Source: Dudresnaya verticillata
Taxonomy: Eukaryota
Length of the DNA: 64,000 nt
Assembly: GCA_977862235.1 (NCBI GenBank)
Contig: OZ374557.1
Location: forward strand, 1,922,001 to 1,986,000
Reading direction: 5' to 3'
Positions 45,423-58,380 of the stretch are shown here, in pieces. The translations under genes were made by a program, and so were the position numbers. Each line of letters opens with the position of its first letter. The first letter of the stretch is position 1. A model generated the notes under the pieces. The model was not told the DNA's origin. It was given only the letters and a program-made list of their open reading frames with translations, and ran no database searches.

Positions 45423-45797
45423 TGTGGTGTAGTGAAAACCCACGAACTCCGTAACGGACAGCTGGCCTAACTTTCCTACACGGGACGAGAGCGACACTAC
45501 CTCCACGGAGTGGTAGAGCAGTTCACACCGAGACGGGAGAACAGCGAGCGGCTAACCGAAACGGATATTGGGAAGCAACAGAAAAGGGGGTGGTACAAGT
45601 GCCGGAACGGAATTCGTAACGGTGGTGGTGGTAGACCGCAACGGGCTCAGCGCGGGGAAATGGTGAAGGAAAGAGCTACGAGGGGATTGAGGCTCAAGGG
45701 TTGCTTGCCCGTTTATCTTAGGAGCCAGTGCCGCTGATATACAAGGCCGGGAGGCACCGAGTGGTCCAGTCCGTGTGGGCCAGACTCTAGTGGTCTG
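45423..45797 (-). repeat. Partial LTR of family E (possibly the 3' LTR of element E)
   Basis: Direct repeat of 57845 to about 58227. Homology stops abruptly at a new TGTGGTACAA terminus. Confidence 0.85.
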
Positions 45798-46552
45798 TGT
45801 GGTACAACGAGCGTTGACACCCTGTAAGGAGCTACGTGGACACGAGTCCTCTGTAAGTAATGGCAGGCGCACAACTGCCCGGGTGATATGGCTGGCTCTC
45901 AAATTGATTTAATTCCTGGAGCGCTCCTGCGCTGTAAGGCAACACGTGTACAGCTTTAATCTTTAAGGCGTACGGTGTGGTATAACGAAGTCCACGGAGA
46001 CGCGGGGAACTCTCGCACTGTAAGGAATGGCCTCGGAGCCTAACGAAGGGCCTCGTAGCCTAACGAAGAAATGAAAAGGGGTGGTAGCGTGGTAGAGCGG
46101 AGCGACCAACACGAAGGACCACGGTGTCAACGTATTCGTGTGCGGAAGGGAGAACTGGAGCGATCGATCACCAGGGATGACTCCGGGTGCGCGGGGCTAT
46201 CGAAAGCGAGGCTCGACCGTATCCGCGGTCACGAAGACGAAGACACCGAACTCGAAGAAACAGGCGTTTACCGAAGACTCCGAGGTCCGGGCGCTAGTCG
46301 CTTACTGGAAACCCTCGGAGGTTGTTTCAGACGACTGGCTAAGTAATACTACGTGAGCACGAATACACGTCAACGCGGGAGATGGTTCGTACTCGAATGA
46401 TTCGTAACGGCCTCGGTGCCAACGAACGGTCGTCTCACGTATGGTTGCGGTTGCGAAGTGATGCATACGGAGGTACACGCGCGACCTGGGTTTCGGTTCC
46501 GTTACGCGCGGGAAACAACGGGAAGATCACGAAGGTGTCAGCGATTTCGTAT
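45798..46552 (-). repeat. Probable LTR fragment Z nested in the E-family LTR
   Basis: TGTGG terminus at the breakpoint. TGGTAGAGCGGAG at 46090 is the reverse-strand form of the shared U5 motif. Confidence 0.5.
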
Positions 46553-47271
46553 TGTGGCGCAAATCGCCTCCGCACCCTACTGAAGAATTCTTCATAATGG
46601 GCGTCGCCCGCGGCTCACGCGACTGCGGACGACGGGCCGCAACGGCCGATACACGCAGATCATCCCCTGCTCTCATTTTTGAGCTCGGAGCCAATTTCGC
46701 TGCCGCAACGGGCTCCCCCGACACGCGCGAGCACCAACAATGACATTGGGGAAATTCCCCTGTAAGCCGTCCCGACGGACAGCTCCCGACACCGGCCGCC
46801 AGCAAGGATGGCCCCTCGACACTACAACTCGCACTCGTGTGCGCGTGCGCTCCTTCAGCGCATGCTGCCAGACCACGCTGTCAAGAGGCTGACAGTTGAT
46901 ATTTTAGTAATTATAGATTTTGTGCACCACGCGATGCCAAGTGGCGCGGCCCCCTTTCACTATTACAATCCGCCACCAAGGCGCACCCGCCTTGTATATA
47001 GTATATTAGGGCCCTGAGGTGCGCCCTCATACAATAAACAGCCAAGCTTGGGCCCAGCGCGAGATATCCTCCTACCCTATCGACTCCGTCACTGGACTGG
47101 ACTCCAGTACGTACGCTACCCTTCTTCATCGTACAGAATCCTGTTTTCTCTTACTTTTCCTTTGTTTTCTTCCCTTTCTAGGGTAACCCCCTTTTCTTGG
47201 TCTTGTAGTGTTTTACAGTCGCGCTACGGGGCTATTCCCCTGCTCTACCGCTACCTCTACCTCACGCTACA
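46553..47271 (+). repeat. LTR F (719 bp), same family as the LTR of element H; no PBS and no TSD
   Basis: Ends TGTGGCG...CGCTACA. Inverted homolog at about 62908-63601. Confidence 0.82.
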
Positions 47272-47404
47272 CCCGGGGAAGACTGTCCCCCGCCCTCATC
47301 GGCACATCCGAAAGCTACTGCTCGTTCAGCTGTCCGTCCGGAACGGTATACTCCCACGGGCAGCTATCAAGCCGACGACGGGCGAGTAAGTGTACTCAGG
47401 CGCC

Positions 47405-50202
47405 ATGCCTACCTGAAATGGCGAAACCACGCGACCTGGCCTCACAGGCCGTCGCACCAACAGCCGAACGGCGAGCTTATCTTCCGTCCGGTTGACCGGG
47501 GTGACCACCCGTGCAAATACGGCAGCAACCGCTTTAGTTCGCAGCCCCTCAGCGGGTACCCTGGGACGTCCTCCCCGTGACCAAGCGGGAAGCGTCCCTG
47601 AAGAAATGGAGTTATCGGCTCGGATAGCTCAAGAAGAACTGCCCGGCTCCGGCGGAGACCAGGCCTTGAATGAAGAAGAACGGGTTGCAACCCTTACATC
47701 TCGAGTAGGAGCGAGTACGAAAGTCTCGAGTGAAAGTATGGATCGCAATCCCAGAACGAGTGAGTCTACGCGCATGTTACGTCATCAGTAAACACCTGAG
47801 GATTCACTCCAACCGAGTCAAGCCTTTCCCCGGACATTGGGATGCCTATCCGGACGAAGGCCAATTCTTCCGACGAACGGTGCTTCACGGAGCGAGAGAT
47901 CGGAAGGATGATGCAAGATGGAATAGAACGGACAGTCGGTCCCGAGCTGGCAGCAGCTTTAGACGTCCAGGTGCACGAGTCACTCTCGAGAATCAAACGT
48001 TATATCGATGAGTCGGCCGTTCGCCAGAATGAGGAAGTACTGACCAGATGTCAGGAGGAGATCTCGTCTCGAATTCGTCTTGGAAACCCCGGCATCCCGC
48101 AAGAGGAAGGACTCGCGACGCTTCGCGTTCGAGTTAATTCCCTGGTCGAGCGTGTCGAGGAACTCCACGATACTGTGGGAACGCTTTCCAGAGAAGTTGA
48201 CCAGTCGAGGAACGACGCCCTTGTGGCATTAACAGGCGTTGATCATAACGCAGACGGCGCGCGGTGCGCAGAACAGAATGAAGCCATCGAGCTCCTCCGT
48301 AAGGAACTCGATGAAGAAAGGCGAAGAGTCGCGACCTTGGATGCTCGCGTCAGGCGACTGATGCGTGAACGGGATGAATCCCCTGCAATCCAGAGAGGTT
48401 GGTCCCCTGTCCCGCGAGGGACGCGTGACCGATGCCGACTTTCGCCGCATCGGGATGGAAGAAGGGGTGACGACCCGTACCATCGCGAGTAAAGGTATCC
48501 TCCTAGACAGCCGGACACGCACAGTCAGTGCCCCTGCAGTGCCAGACATGGCGATAACCCATGTATGGGACGAAGTCAAGGTGGATATCGGGACAGCTCC
48601 CCGTCACGAGATTATCGGTCGCGACCCATAACGCCGCATGGCCGACAAGTGGACAGCCAGCAACGGATATCCTGGCATCGTAACGCCGAGCCGGAGGGTG
48701 CATACGGAGCGGACTCCCGAAGCCAGCCAAGGTCCTCTTGGATAGGACCACGCCGGTCAGGTCTGAAGGCGTTGGTACCACGGAACCCAGCGTTCGCTAA
48801 CGTGCTTTCGTATCGACGATACCGGTTGTTAAACCTTGACCCGTACCGGGGACCCGAGGTAACGGAATCGACGTCCCGAAAGATTAAGCGGATCAAGTCC
48901 GTGATGCGCAGTCGACGCTTCGACGGTAGTGACCCGGTATCAATCATCGGCTTTCTAGCCACGCTGAAGCGTAAATTAGACCAAGCGCATGCACGCGAGG
49001 GAGCCGCGATCCTGGTGATACCGGAGTTTCTCGAGAAGGACGCCAAGGATCTCTTCGCGGCGAACTTCGACGTCGCGGGCGACGATAATGGGGGATTCTC
49101 CGAATGGCCGGAGGCAGTGAACTACCTGCTGCAAAGATTCGCGAAGGACGTGTATATCGAACGCATAGCTGCCGAAATGGACCGTATGTCCCAGGAGCCC
49201 GACGAGGATGAGGTATCATTCTCAAGGAGGCGCCAGAATAACGCGCGAAGAGTCGCCGGAGTGTACTCGGAGCAGGACCTCATCACACGGTTCATCCGGG
49301 GGTTGCTACCCGCAGTCAAGCCATTGCTGAGTACCACCTCACTGGACCCCGCAACGGCCCGACTCGCGGACTACGTGGAGCTAGCCACCGCCCAAGGTGA
49401 TTCCCACCGCGCGCTCGTCGGAGCCAGTCGAAGGAAGGAGAAGTGCTCAAGGCTGCTGCCCAGAAAGAGGTTGACGACACGCGCCGTCCCTGGCAAGTCG
49501 AGCCGAACTATTCTGGTTCGACAAGGGCAGTCGGTCGCTCGGGTAACATCCCACTCCTATTCGGATAGTGACGCTTCGAGTAGTGACTCAGATGCCAACG
49601 GGCAGGCAGTTGCTGCATTCGAACGCGATGCGGGCCCGTCCTCGGTGTCGCCGACGGATACATGGTCCGGAGAGCCTAGTGAGGGCAGAAGCCGTTATGA
49701 AGCAGTTCAAGCGGTTCTGTCTAACCAAAACCCAAGGCTCCCCGCATGGGCACAACCATGCAATGCACAGCGCCCCGTATGGGTAACAGGCGATGATCTC
49801 CCGAAAAATATTTGCTTTGAGTGCTTTGGCGTGGGCCACAAGAAGCCCAACTGCCCTCATTTAGGTCGTACAGACGATTTGGAATTTTCCACGCTGATAC
49901 GCCAGAATTTCTATGCGCTGTCGCGGCAACAAAAAGACTGGCTTGCCGTCGTTGGCCGTCTCCCGAAGTTCGCCAAGGAGTCACCTCCTCCAACCTGGAC
50001 AGGGCCAGACAACGCCGGAAGGCCGGGAAATCAGTTCCATCAAAATCGCCAAGTGAATTTCAAGGCGGGATTGAACCACCCGATCTACAGTCCGTGGCCT
50101 CACTCTCCCAGATCACCTCGCATGGGCGGACGCGCCTTTCCTGCACCACCCCCTGTGCCACATTCCTCGGCTAGCAAGCCCGGCTTACAGCCGAAAAACT
50201 AG
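47405..50202 (+). pseudogene. gag: gag of element D
   Basis: MPT*NGETTRPGLTGR matches the start of A gag. ORFs 47842-48492 and 48565-50202, with knuckle CFECFGVGHKKPNC. Confidence 0.87.
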
Positions 50203-50275
50203 CTAGGGGGACTGGGGTTCCACCCCGGAGCCCCCCGAGCATCCGAAAACTGAGGGTAGCAACCCCCTTGGCGCG

Positions 50276-51080
50276 TTGCCAACTCCCGGTTCATCGGAAC
50301 GGTCGAAAGTCGAGACAACTCTCGTTCTACCCAAGAAGGTATTAGCTCGCCCGATGGGCCTCCCTCCAGGGCGTACGTTCGAAGAGTATTGTAGGAATCC
50401 CGTATGCGCGCTGTCACGCTACAAGTATAAAGTGGTTGCGGCCGTCGGGACTTCCACTGAAAAACTCACTTGCGTATTATCCGTACTGGATTCTGGAGCA
50501 GGTCCCAACCTCATCAGAGCTAATGTCCTGTCGAAGGCAGAATTGAAGAAGGTGTCGACTTCACGACCAATCTGTAATTTAGTGTCGGCCAGCCGACACA
50601 AACTAACTACCCTTGGAAGTATCTCTCTCCTGGTCCGGATTGGAAATTACACGGTACCACAACCATTTGTTGTTGCACACACGTTAGCGGTCGACATCAT
50701 TCTCGGATGTACCTTTATCGATAATCACGTCGACACGCTGCGCGTGCGCAACCAGACGGTGATACTCCGTGACGGGTCAGAACACCCCATTCTACGACGC
50801 CATTGTGGTCCACTCCGTCCCGAAAAGACAAACCGAAACTACGGAGATGCCTCCTCGCCCCGTGCAGCGGCATATCCGCGTCGCTCACGCTACTCTACTA
50901 CCGCCGGAATCGGAAACCTGGGTTGCGTTTACATGCCCAGCACAGGCCACCCACTTCATGGATGCATTCCAACCTTTATACAAGACACAAGGAGTCGTCC
51001 TGTCCAACGGCATCACCGAGATCACACCGAACCGCCTGTTCCATGTCAAGGTAGGGCATTTTTCGCGGAAGCACCTCCAT
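50276..51080 (+). pseudogene. pol: Protease region of element D (truncated pol)
   Basis: VLDSGAGPNLI...DIILGCTFI. Homology to A pol ends at about 51080. Confidence 0.85.
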
Positions 51081-52542
51081 CGCCAGACGGCGCGTCACCC
51101 TCCTGGACACACATGTCCTCTTCCTCAAGCTCCTCCTTGAGCAGCAGCTCCGTTTTCACAATGATCTCTTGGGGCTCAGCCGCCGCCGGAGGAGCCTCAA
51201 CGGCGCTAGCAGGAAGGGTCACCTCGAGCTGCCAAGCATGGCCCGCGGGAACTTCTGGCACGGGTAAGTCGACCGTCACCTCCATGGGTGAAGCCGGCGG
51301 AGCGCTCTCCTCAGGGGCCCCTAATGCCAGCTGAGAAGCTGCAGTGGCTGGACCAGTGGTCGGGGGACCCGAAGTAGCGACGGAGGAGCTCTCCCGAGGA
51401 TATCGGCAAGCGTGCCTTCGCGCGGATCCGCGCCCTGCACACCACCACTTGATGCCACGGGAGCACCCGCACTTGGAAGCGAGCTAGCGCGACGGTCATG
51501 ATGACCCAATTCCCCGACGGGAGCGGCTCGCTAGCCTCGGATTTCTAGTTATGGAGGCAGACGCTCTCACGCTTGGTGCGCTCGCCGCCGCTGGAGTACC
51601 CGCCGGCGTGGCATGTGACGGAGCTTCTTGAGCTTGCTCCGATTCCCCGTTGGGCGCGGAAACGCTCACCAAGGAGATTGCGTATTCGGAAACCACCAAT
51701 CATAGCCTCGCGGGCCGCTTCGGTCTTCAGAGGGGGGCTGTGTGGCAGTATGGACGCTGTCAGCAGAAGGGCTTACAGGAGCGCTCTCCTTTTGCGGGAC
51801 AGACTGTCCCTTAACAAGGACAGCTGTCCTTTCATCGCTGTACACGTGGGTGACACGTGGGAATACGTGGACGACAAGTGGCACACGTGGGACACGTGGA
51901 CGAAACGTGGCGCCAACTGGACGCCTTGTATTGGCTGATTTACGACGCGCCGCTGCGCTTCTACTCACGAACGAGGAGCGCCTCTGCGCTCAGGGTATCG
52001 ACAGTGCAGCTGAGACCCCGGCTTGCGCACCGGCGTATCCGCCACCAAGTCCCCGTACCGGGACGCATTCCCCTATTTACATTGTACTGACTGTACTAAT
52101 CTTCGTAACTATAATCACAGGCTAACTTAGACCCCCTTACGGGCTGATAGACTTTTCGGCTGTCAAGCCCTACTTATGGGCGCCGGAATAGCCGGCGCCC
52201 TCAAAATAAACACTCAGCGGAGTTGTTCGGAAAGTATTCACCTTTTGGTCGTTCGGACGCTCCGCGCCTGCAGGGGTCGCCCAGTACATGCCCGGACATT
52301 GTACGACAAGTACTCTACGAAATACCGGGTCGCAACCTCTATATCTTCCCTCAGTCAGTCGCGCCGAGTCTTTACCATGCTTCCGCACCCCCCCTTTCGG
52401 GTCATCAGGGCCCGCCTCCTTCCAAGCCTCTACCAAACCTCCTTCGAGCTACCACCCATTAGCGTGTGATATCGGCCAGCTGTCTTTTCTTGTTCTTTGC
52501 TGTTCCTGGCCGGTGCCATACTGCTACACCGTTCACGGCGTT

Positions 52543-55130
52543 CTACAGGCCGCAAGTTATGGGCGGCCGGTCGACGTATACTTGATCTCCGCCACGGATA
52601 ATGCGCCTAAAGCGTACCTTGCAGTCAAACAGTGCCTTGGCCTTTTGTTGGGACACTGTCTTTTTCGTGCGCGCTGTCTGGAGCGCATACCGTAAACGGC
52701 GTATGGTGCTCCGCTTCTGTAGCACCGGGGTCATACGCCCTTCCGTAACGGTTTCTTGATGCTTGACAGGAGCCCCTCGTACAACAATGTCCGATGGATA
52801 GCGTGTCAATACCAAATCAAATGGCGTTGTTTTCGTAATACAATGTACCTGCATGTTGTACGCATACTTCAACGGTTGCAGGTACAAATCCCAATCGGAG
52901 TAATGATCCTCAACGTAATGGCGCAAACGCTGGGCGATTGTCTTATTGAATAGCTCAGCTTGCCCATTTGTCCGCGGATGGTAGGCAGCGGTGAGTAGAT
53001 GCCTGATTCCGAGTAAGGAACACACCGCATCAAAGAATTTAGCAGTAAACTGCGATCCGTTATCGGTTATGACAAATTGGGGTGCGCCATACGCATACAC
53101 CCAAAAGTCTAGAAAGGCATTAGCCATTCTTGGAATACAGTAAACCGTGGCGGTATTGCGTCGGGCTTGTCAGGGGAGGCGGATGCACTTCCACTGGCGA
53201 GCTCCACGGCGCATATTACGTTATTTTCCGTAGCGGTTTCTTGTGATGTGGCCCAATCGGTTAAATAGACTCCATGCTCATATAATCCGTCGACGGTATT
53301 TTCGGCGACAAAGCAGGGTATCTCTTCATCCAAAAGTCTATCGTCACCGCCATCCGTTTGGAATCGCGACATCCCATCGGCAAGTTGATGCTTAATTCCT
53401 GAACGGTATTGCACCTCAAATTCAAATTCCAATAGGCGGAGCCTCCACCTGGCCAGGCGGCCAGATGAGTCTGCGAGGTTCAGGATCCACCACAGGGCAT
53501 CGTGATCCGTTCGGAGAATAAACTTGTCACCGTAAAGGTATGGTCGGAGTGTTAACATGCTCCAGACCACGGCTAAGCATTCCTTTTCGGTTGTAGCATA
53601 ATTTTTCTCCGCATCGGTGCGGCTCCGGCTCCAGTATCCAATAGGGGGTGATCGCCATTCGGTTGTTCCTGCAGAAGGACACAGCCGATTTATGGTCACA
53701 TGTGTCAGTGTCCAACGTATATTTATATCCGTGACGGGGTAGAGCCAATATAGGTGGAGGGATAAGGCGTCTCTTCAGTTCCTCAAAGGCTTCGTATTCC
53801 GTATCGGATAATATACCAAACTCAAAGGGTGAGCACTTGCCGGTTTTCTTATTCAGCGGTGCTGAAATCCGAGCGAAGTTGGGTACAAAGCGACGATACA
53901 CGTTGCACATTCCCAAGAAGGATCGTACTTCCGTTTGGTTAGTCGGCTGCTTCGCGACCTTAACGGATTGCATATTCCGATTATCCACCTCTTATTTTCC
54001 GGGACGGATAGCATGCCCCAGGTATTGTACAGACGAGTTGCAGAAGTCACACTTTGACTACTTCAACGTTACCCCAGCGGATCGAAAAAGCGTAAGGACT
54101 TCCTTGAGGTGGTGGAAATGTTCCATAACGGTTTTTGAGTAGACAATTACATCGTCTAGGCAGACGAGGGCGAATTGCCATTTAACCGTAGAAAGGATTA
54201 TATCCATTGCCCGTTGGAAGGTTGCCGGAGCATTCTTCAATCCGAATGTCATGCTCCGAAAACGTTATAAGCCAAAATGGCTAGTAAAGATATTTTTGTC
54301 CATTTCCTCTTCCGGAATCTCGACTTGCCAATATCCGGTGTTGCAATCCAGAGCGGTAAATACAGTAGCTTCCCCAAGGGAATCTATGTACTCATCCATC
54401 CTCGGCAAGGGGTATGAGTCCCTAACCGTTACCGAATTGAGCCTTCTCTAGTCAACACAGAACCGCATGGTGCCGTCCTTTTTTGGAACGAAAACCACGG
54501 GACTGGCCCACTCCGATGAGGCTGGCTCAATTACCTTAGCGGAAAGCATGCGATCGATCTCTGTCTTTTCGAGATCTCGCTGCTTATGTCCGGAACGGTA
54601 TGGGGCTTGATATACTGGCTTAGCTCTGGGAGTTAACTCGATGCGGTGCTTGGCAGCTGTAATGTTGCCAAGATCGCCACTACACATCGACTGGTATTCC
54701 TCGAGTAGGGTTAAAATCCGTTTACGGAGCGATGCTTCTTCTTCACCGATCTGGACTTGATCCTTCCGGTCGGTAGTATTTGTAGTTTCCGTTACGGGTT
54801 TGCGTACTTCACTGTCGTCAGGGGAGATTCTGCTGGCCTTTTCGGAGGGATTCTGCTGGCCTTTTCGGAGGTAAGGTTAGAATTAAATGATTGAATAATT
54901 CCTCCCCCTCCTTAAATGGAGGTATACCGTCAACGGTAAAAACAGCAGAAGGGGCAGCAGTAGCGAGTCCCAAGACAGCAGATTTGGGCAACCGTACCAG
55001 CTTTTTAGAAACATTAGAGACCCAGATCCGAAACGGTTTGTTAGGTACAACATCCATAATACCATTAGCCATTAACATAAGGTGCTTAAAACCCGGCTTA
55101 GGATCAGTTTTTAGAATAGGAGTTCCGTAA
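52543..55130 (-). pseudogene. pol: pol remnants of element E (RT, RNase H, partial integrase)
   Basis: ORFs 54818-55078, 54448-54687, 54058-54252 (CLDD), 53527-53988, 53109-53699 and 52543-53127, all closely similar to B pol. Confidence 0.92.
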
Positions 55131-55205
55131 CGGTGTCTTGCCGATCCCCGGGCGATTCCACGCTCACGAGAGGTGGAACGCCGTGAGGCGGGGATGGTGG
55201 GGCCC

Positions 55206-57583
55206 TTACGCGTCCCCCCTTGAGTTTTTCGAAATCAAGGGTGCACTAGTCGGATCTGCCTCCATGGGCTCGCGCAATTCTGCGTATTCCACCCGGTCAT
55301 GGTCCTCCACCGTTAATATCCGGGCATGCCGTTGCGGAGGGGGCGTTTGCGGCTCGCCCCGATACCCTTGCGGATTGGAACTGGTTCCCACGACAATCCC
55401 GCGGCCTACAGGGTAGTGCCTCGGGAAGTTGCGCTCACGCTCTTCCATGGGCTTAACCCGATCGACGTCGTTTATCCACGGGCAAACGAAATGTTCTGCG
55501 GAAAGGCATATGCGGCAATTGCCACTTCCGTAAAGGCGTCGGACCCGAGGATCCGACTCATCTCGTAGCGAAGGTGCTGGTTGCTGCTGTCCTCTCCCAT
55601 CTTGGGCATTATTTCCGTAACGGTGACTCGGCTGCTGTTGGGGGCCAGGAGCTGGGCGAGATCCACGATACGGGGGACCTTGCGCGCGTGGCATCCTGGG
55701 CGGCGCAGGGTGAACACTTTGCGGGGGTGAAGAGTACGGGGTTGAAAAGGTAACGCCCGTACTTGTTTCCGTATCGGCACCGTGGCCTCCCTCAACTGTT
55801 AGCACTTGATCATCCGTAGCGAAAAGATGTCCCTGTGGCTCGTAGTGTACATCCGATACGGAATCCAGCGATAACAGCTTAGACGGGCGTGCTTTAGTGC
55901 GCCCATCAAAGACGTGAACCGGAACGGTTTGGCGTCGAGCTGCCCGATGGGACTGATCCAGGCCAGTCGCGTAGCGAGTGATGGCCGGTAATCGTGGATA
56001 TAGTGATCCAGCTGGGAATGCGTTGCAAGATAATTTCGCATCTGTTGACGCGTCCCAGGTAGTAGCCCCTCGACGAGCAGTGACTTCAATGCCCGATCGG
56101 AATACAGTACCGCAGCGGAGAGCGTTTGCCCAGAGTTGGTTGGAGAACTGCTCTTCCGTCATGGCGGATGTTTGCCTGAAATTACTGACATCCGTATAGG
56201 CTTCAGCGATTACTTCATCCGTAGCGTAAGTCCTCAGTAGGAAATTCACCACCTCGGAGTAAGAGTGGAGCGTCTCAGCCTGCTCCACATCAGCCGCCAT
56301 GGTACCTCTAGCAAGCCTAGCCTGTAGAAGGGCTTCGGCCTGTCCTTTTAGGAAGAACTGGAAGACCAGACGGCAACCCCTTCGGCGATGCCATTGATAT
56401 TACAACCGTCACGGAACTTGGCCAGAAATCCCAAGACGGTAATAGGGTCCGTCCCATGGAATGTATGGGATGAAATCGGGACGTCGAGTTTCTTCCGTAT
56501 ACGGCTCATATTCTGTGAGAACTTAGAACCGTACGTCTTACTCCTTTTATCCAATCGGTAGTTGTGGTAGTCCAGCGCCTTGACAAACTTTTCATGTAGC
56601 GGCCGGATTACTTTCACCTTTCCGGATTTGGAACCGCGTTTTCTGGCCCTGTGCCTGTTCTCTCTATCCATTACGGAAGAACCCTCTGAGTCTGAATCTA
56701 TAGAGGAAGAGGAGTCATGCCCTTTTTCGCGTTTCCGCGATCTTCTATTTATCCTCTTTCGGCGGCGGTGTTGGCTATCCTCTGAGCCGCTCTCATTAGA
56801 TTCCGTACCGGATTGATTGCGTCATCGCTGGGTGTGGACGCCCATGTGCGACCAACGAGGCGGGCCAGAGCAGGAGTGTCGGGCATCTCGATTATGCCGA
56901 CCTCGACCGGTCCTCCGACTCAGGTGAGCTGGGCGCATCGCTGAGATGTTCGCTGCCTCCACCTGATCGAACCGGAACGGTATAGCGCTCTTGCTGATAG
57001 CGCTCTGTCGTAGGCACATCTACGTGTCCGGGAGAATACTGCAACGGAGTCTGAGTACGTCTTGGTCCCGTAGGGGCGTATTGATGTTGAGAATCCGTTA
57101 CTGGAGCCTGTGGCAGTGGCCCAGAGGGTACCGTACCCGGCTGTAATCCCATAACGGGGGTTGTTGTGGCTGCTGCGTTCTTCCCTCGACCGGGAATTCA
57201 TTCCGTAACGATGGTTTCTCAGTAAACGTTTCCGTAGCGGGAGGCCTTGCCATGCCCGTAGCAATCTGGCTCTCGAGCTCGGTGGCCACCTTTTCCTGTA
57301 GGATCAAAGCTTGCAACATCCGAGGAAGGTGCCGCTCCAGATAGGAATTAGCCAAAGGCGGAACAGTTTCCGAGAGGGATATCTCCACCTCTTTTACCAT
57401 TCCAAGTTGTACTTCCAATCGGAGATGCTCTAACACTCTAGCAAGGACCTCCGACAGGACCCAGTGGACCCGATGGGATTCCGGCTTGGGTTGCGGAGCT
57501 GTCGTCTTCGAGGCGTCTGATCTGACACGGGAACGGGGAACTTTACCAGCAGCACCCTTTAGGATGTCTTCTGGGTTCTCCAC
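55206..57583 (-). pseudogene. gag: gag remnants of element E
   Basis: ORFs 57098-57583, 56348-56671 and 55206-56300 are homologous to B gag (MENPE..., FHGTDPITVLGFL, LLRTYATDE). Confidence 0.86.
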
Positions 57584-57821
57584 TCCGGAACGGATTTCAC
57601 CTCCTTCACAGCGCGAACTGCGCGCAGCGGGGGTAGTGTCACCCGCTTTAGGTTCCGTAACTGGAGGGTCCTTGTGTTCTTCTTTTCTTTTTGCATGATA
57701 CCTTAACGGAACACAACGGTTGTTCTTGCCTGTCTATCCAATATTCCGTAACGGGTTGTCGGTACAGCCGAATTCTTACCGTAGCGGATTTCGACGGCTG
57801 TTTCTTCCAACCGTGACGGTG

Positions 57822-57839
57822 TTCTAGGTTGGGAGACCA
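57822..57839 (-). promoter_or_regulatory. PBS of element E (TGGTCTCCCAACCTAGAA)
   Basis: 5 nt inside the LTR end at 57845. Confidence 0.88.
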
Positions 57840-57844
57840 AAAGA

Positions 57845-58380
57845 TGTGGTGTAGTGAAAACCCACGAACTCCGTAACGGACAGCTGCCTTCACTTTCCTA
57901 CACGGGACGAGAGCGACACTACCTCCACGGGGTGGTAGGGCAGTTCGCACCGAGACGGGAGAACAGCGAGTGGCCAACCGAAACCGATATTGGGAAGCAA
58001 CAGACAAGGGGGTGGTACATGTGCCGGGACGGACTCCGTAACGGTGGTGGTGGTAGACCGTAACGGCCTCGGCGCGGGGAAAACTGTAAAGGAAAGAGCT
58101 AAAGGGGGATTGAGGCTGAAAGGTTGCTTGGCCGTTTACCTTAGGAGCCGCTGCGGTGCCGCCCTGATATACAAGTCAGGGTGGCACCGATCGGTCCGGT
58201 CCGTGTGGGCCAGACCCTAGTGGTCTGGACCCATGGTGGAATCGGCCCCGCTGTCCCAATCTCCGACACGGACATGCGCAGAATTCTCATTGGCTGGCGC
58301 GCTACTCTACAAACTGTGCACAGAGTCACTAAAAATAAGGTATAAATACTAGAAATACTTCGCTACAGTTGGTGCGCTCC
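57845..58380 (-). repeat. 5' LTR of element E (outer end not found)
   Basis: Repeat of 45423-45797. Shares blocks with the B LTR (CCAATGAGAAT, GGTCTGGCCCACACGGACCGGAC). Confidence 0.8.

Larger units (their letters stand above)
47272..52130 (+). mobile_element. Internally deleted Gypsy element D (A-like family): gag, protease, 3' region, PPT, partial 3' LTR
   Basis: gag and PR are homologous to A. RT, RH and IN are absent after about 51080. PPT AGAGGGGGG at 51729, then TGTGGCA at 51741. The right boundary is approximate. Confidence 0.8.
52130..58380 (-). mobile_element. Degenerate Gypsy element E (B-like family) with internal deletions
   Basis: LTR (57845 to about 58380), PBS, gag fragments, RT, RH and integrase core. 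Protease, integrase HHCC and chromodomain are missing. Boundaries are approximate. Confidence 0.88.
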
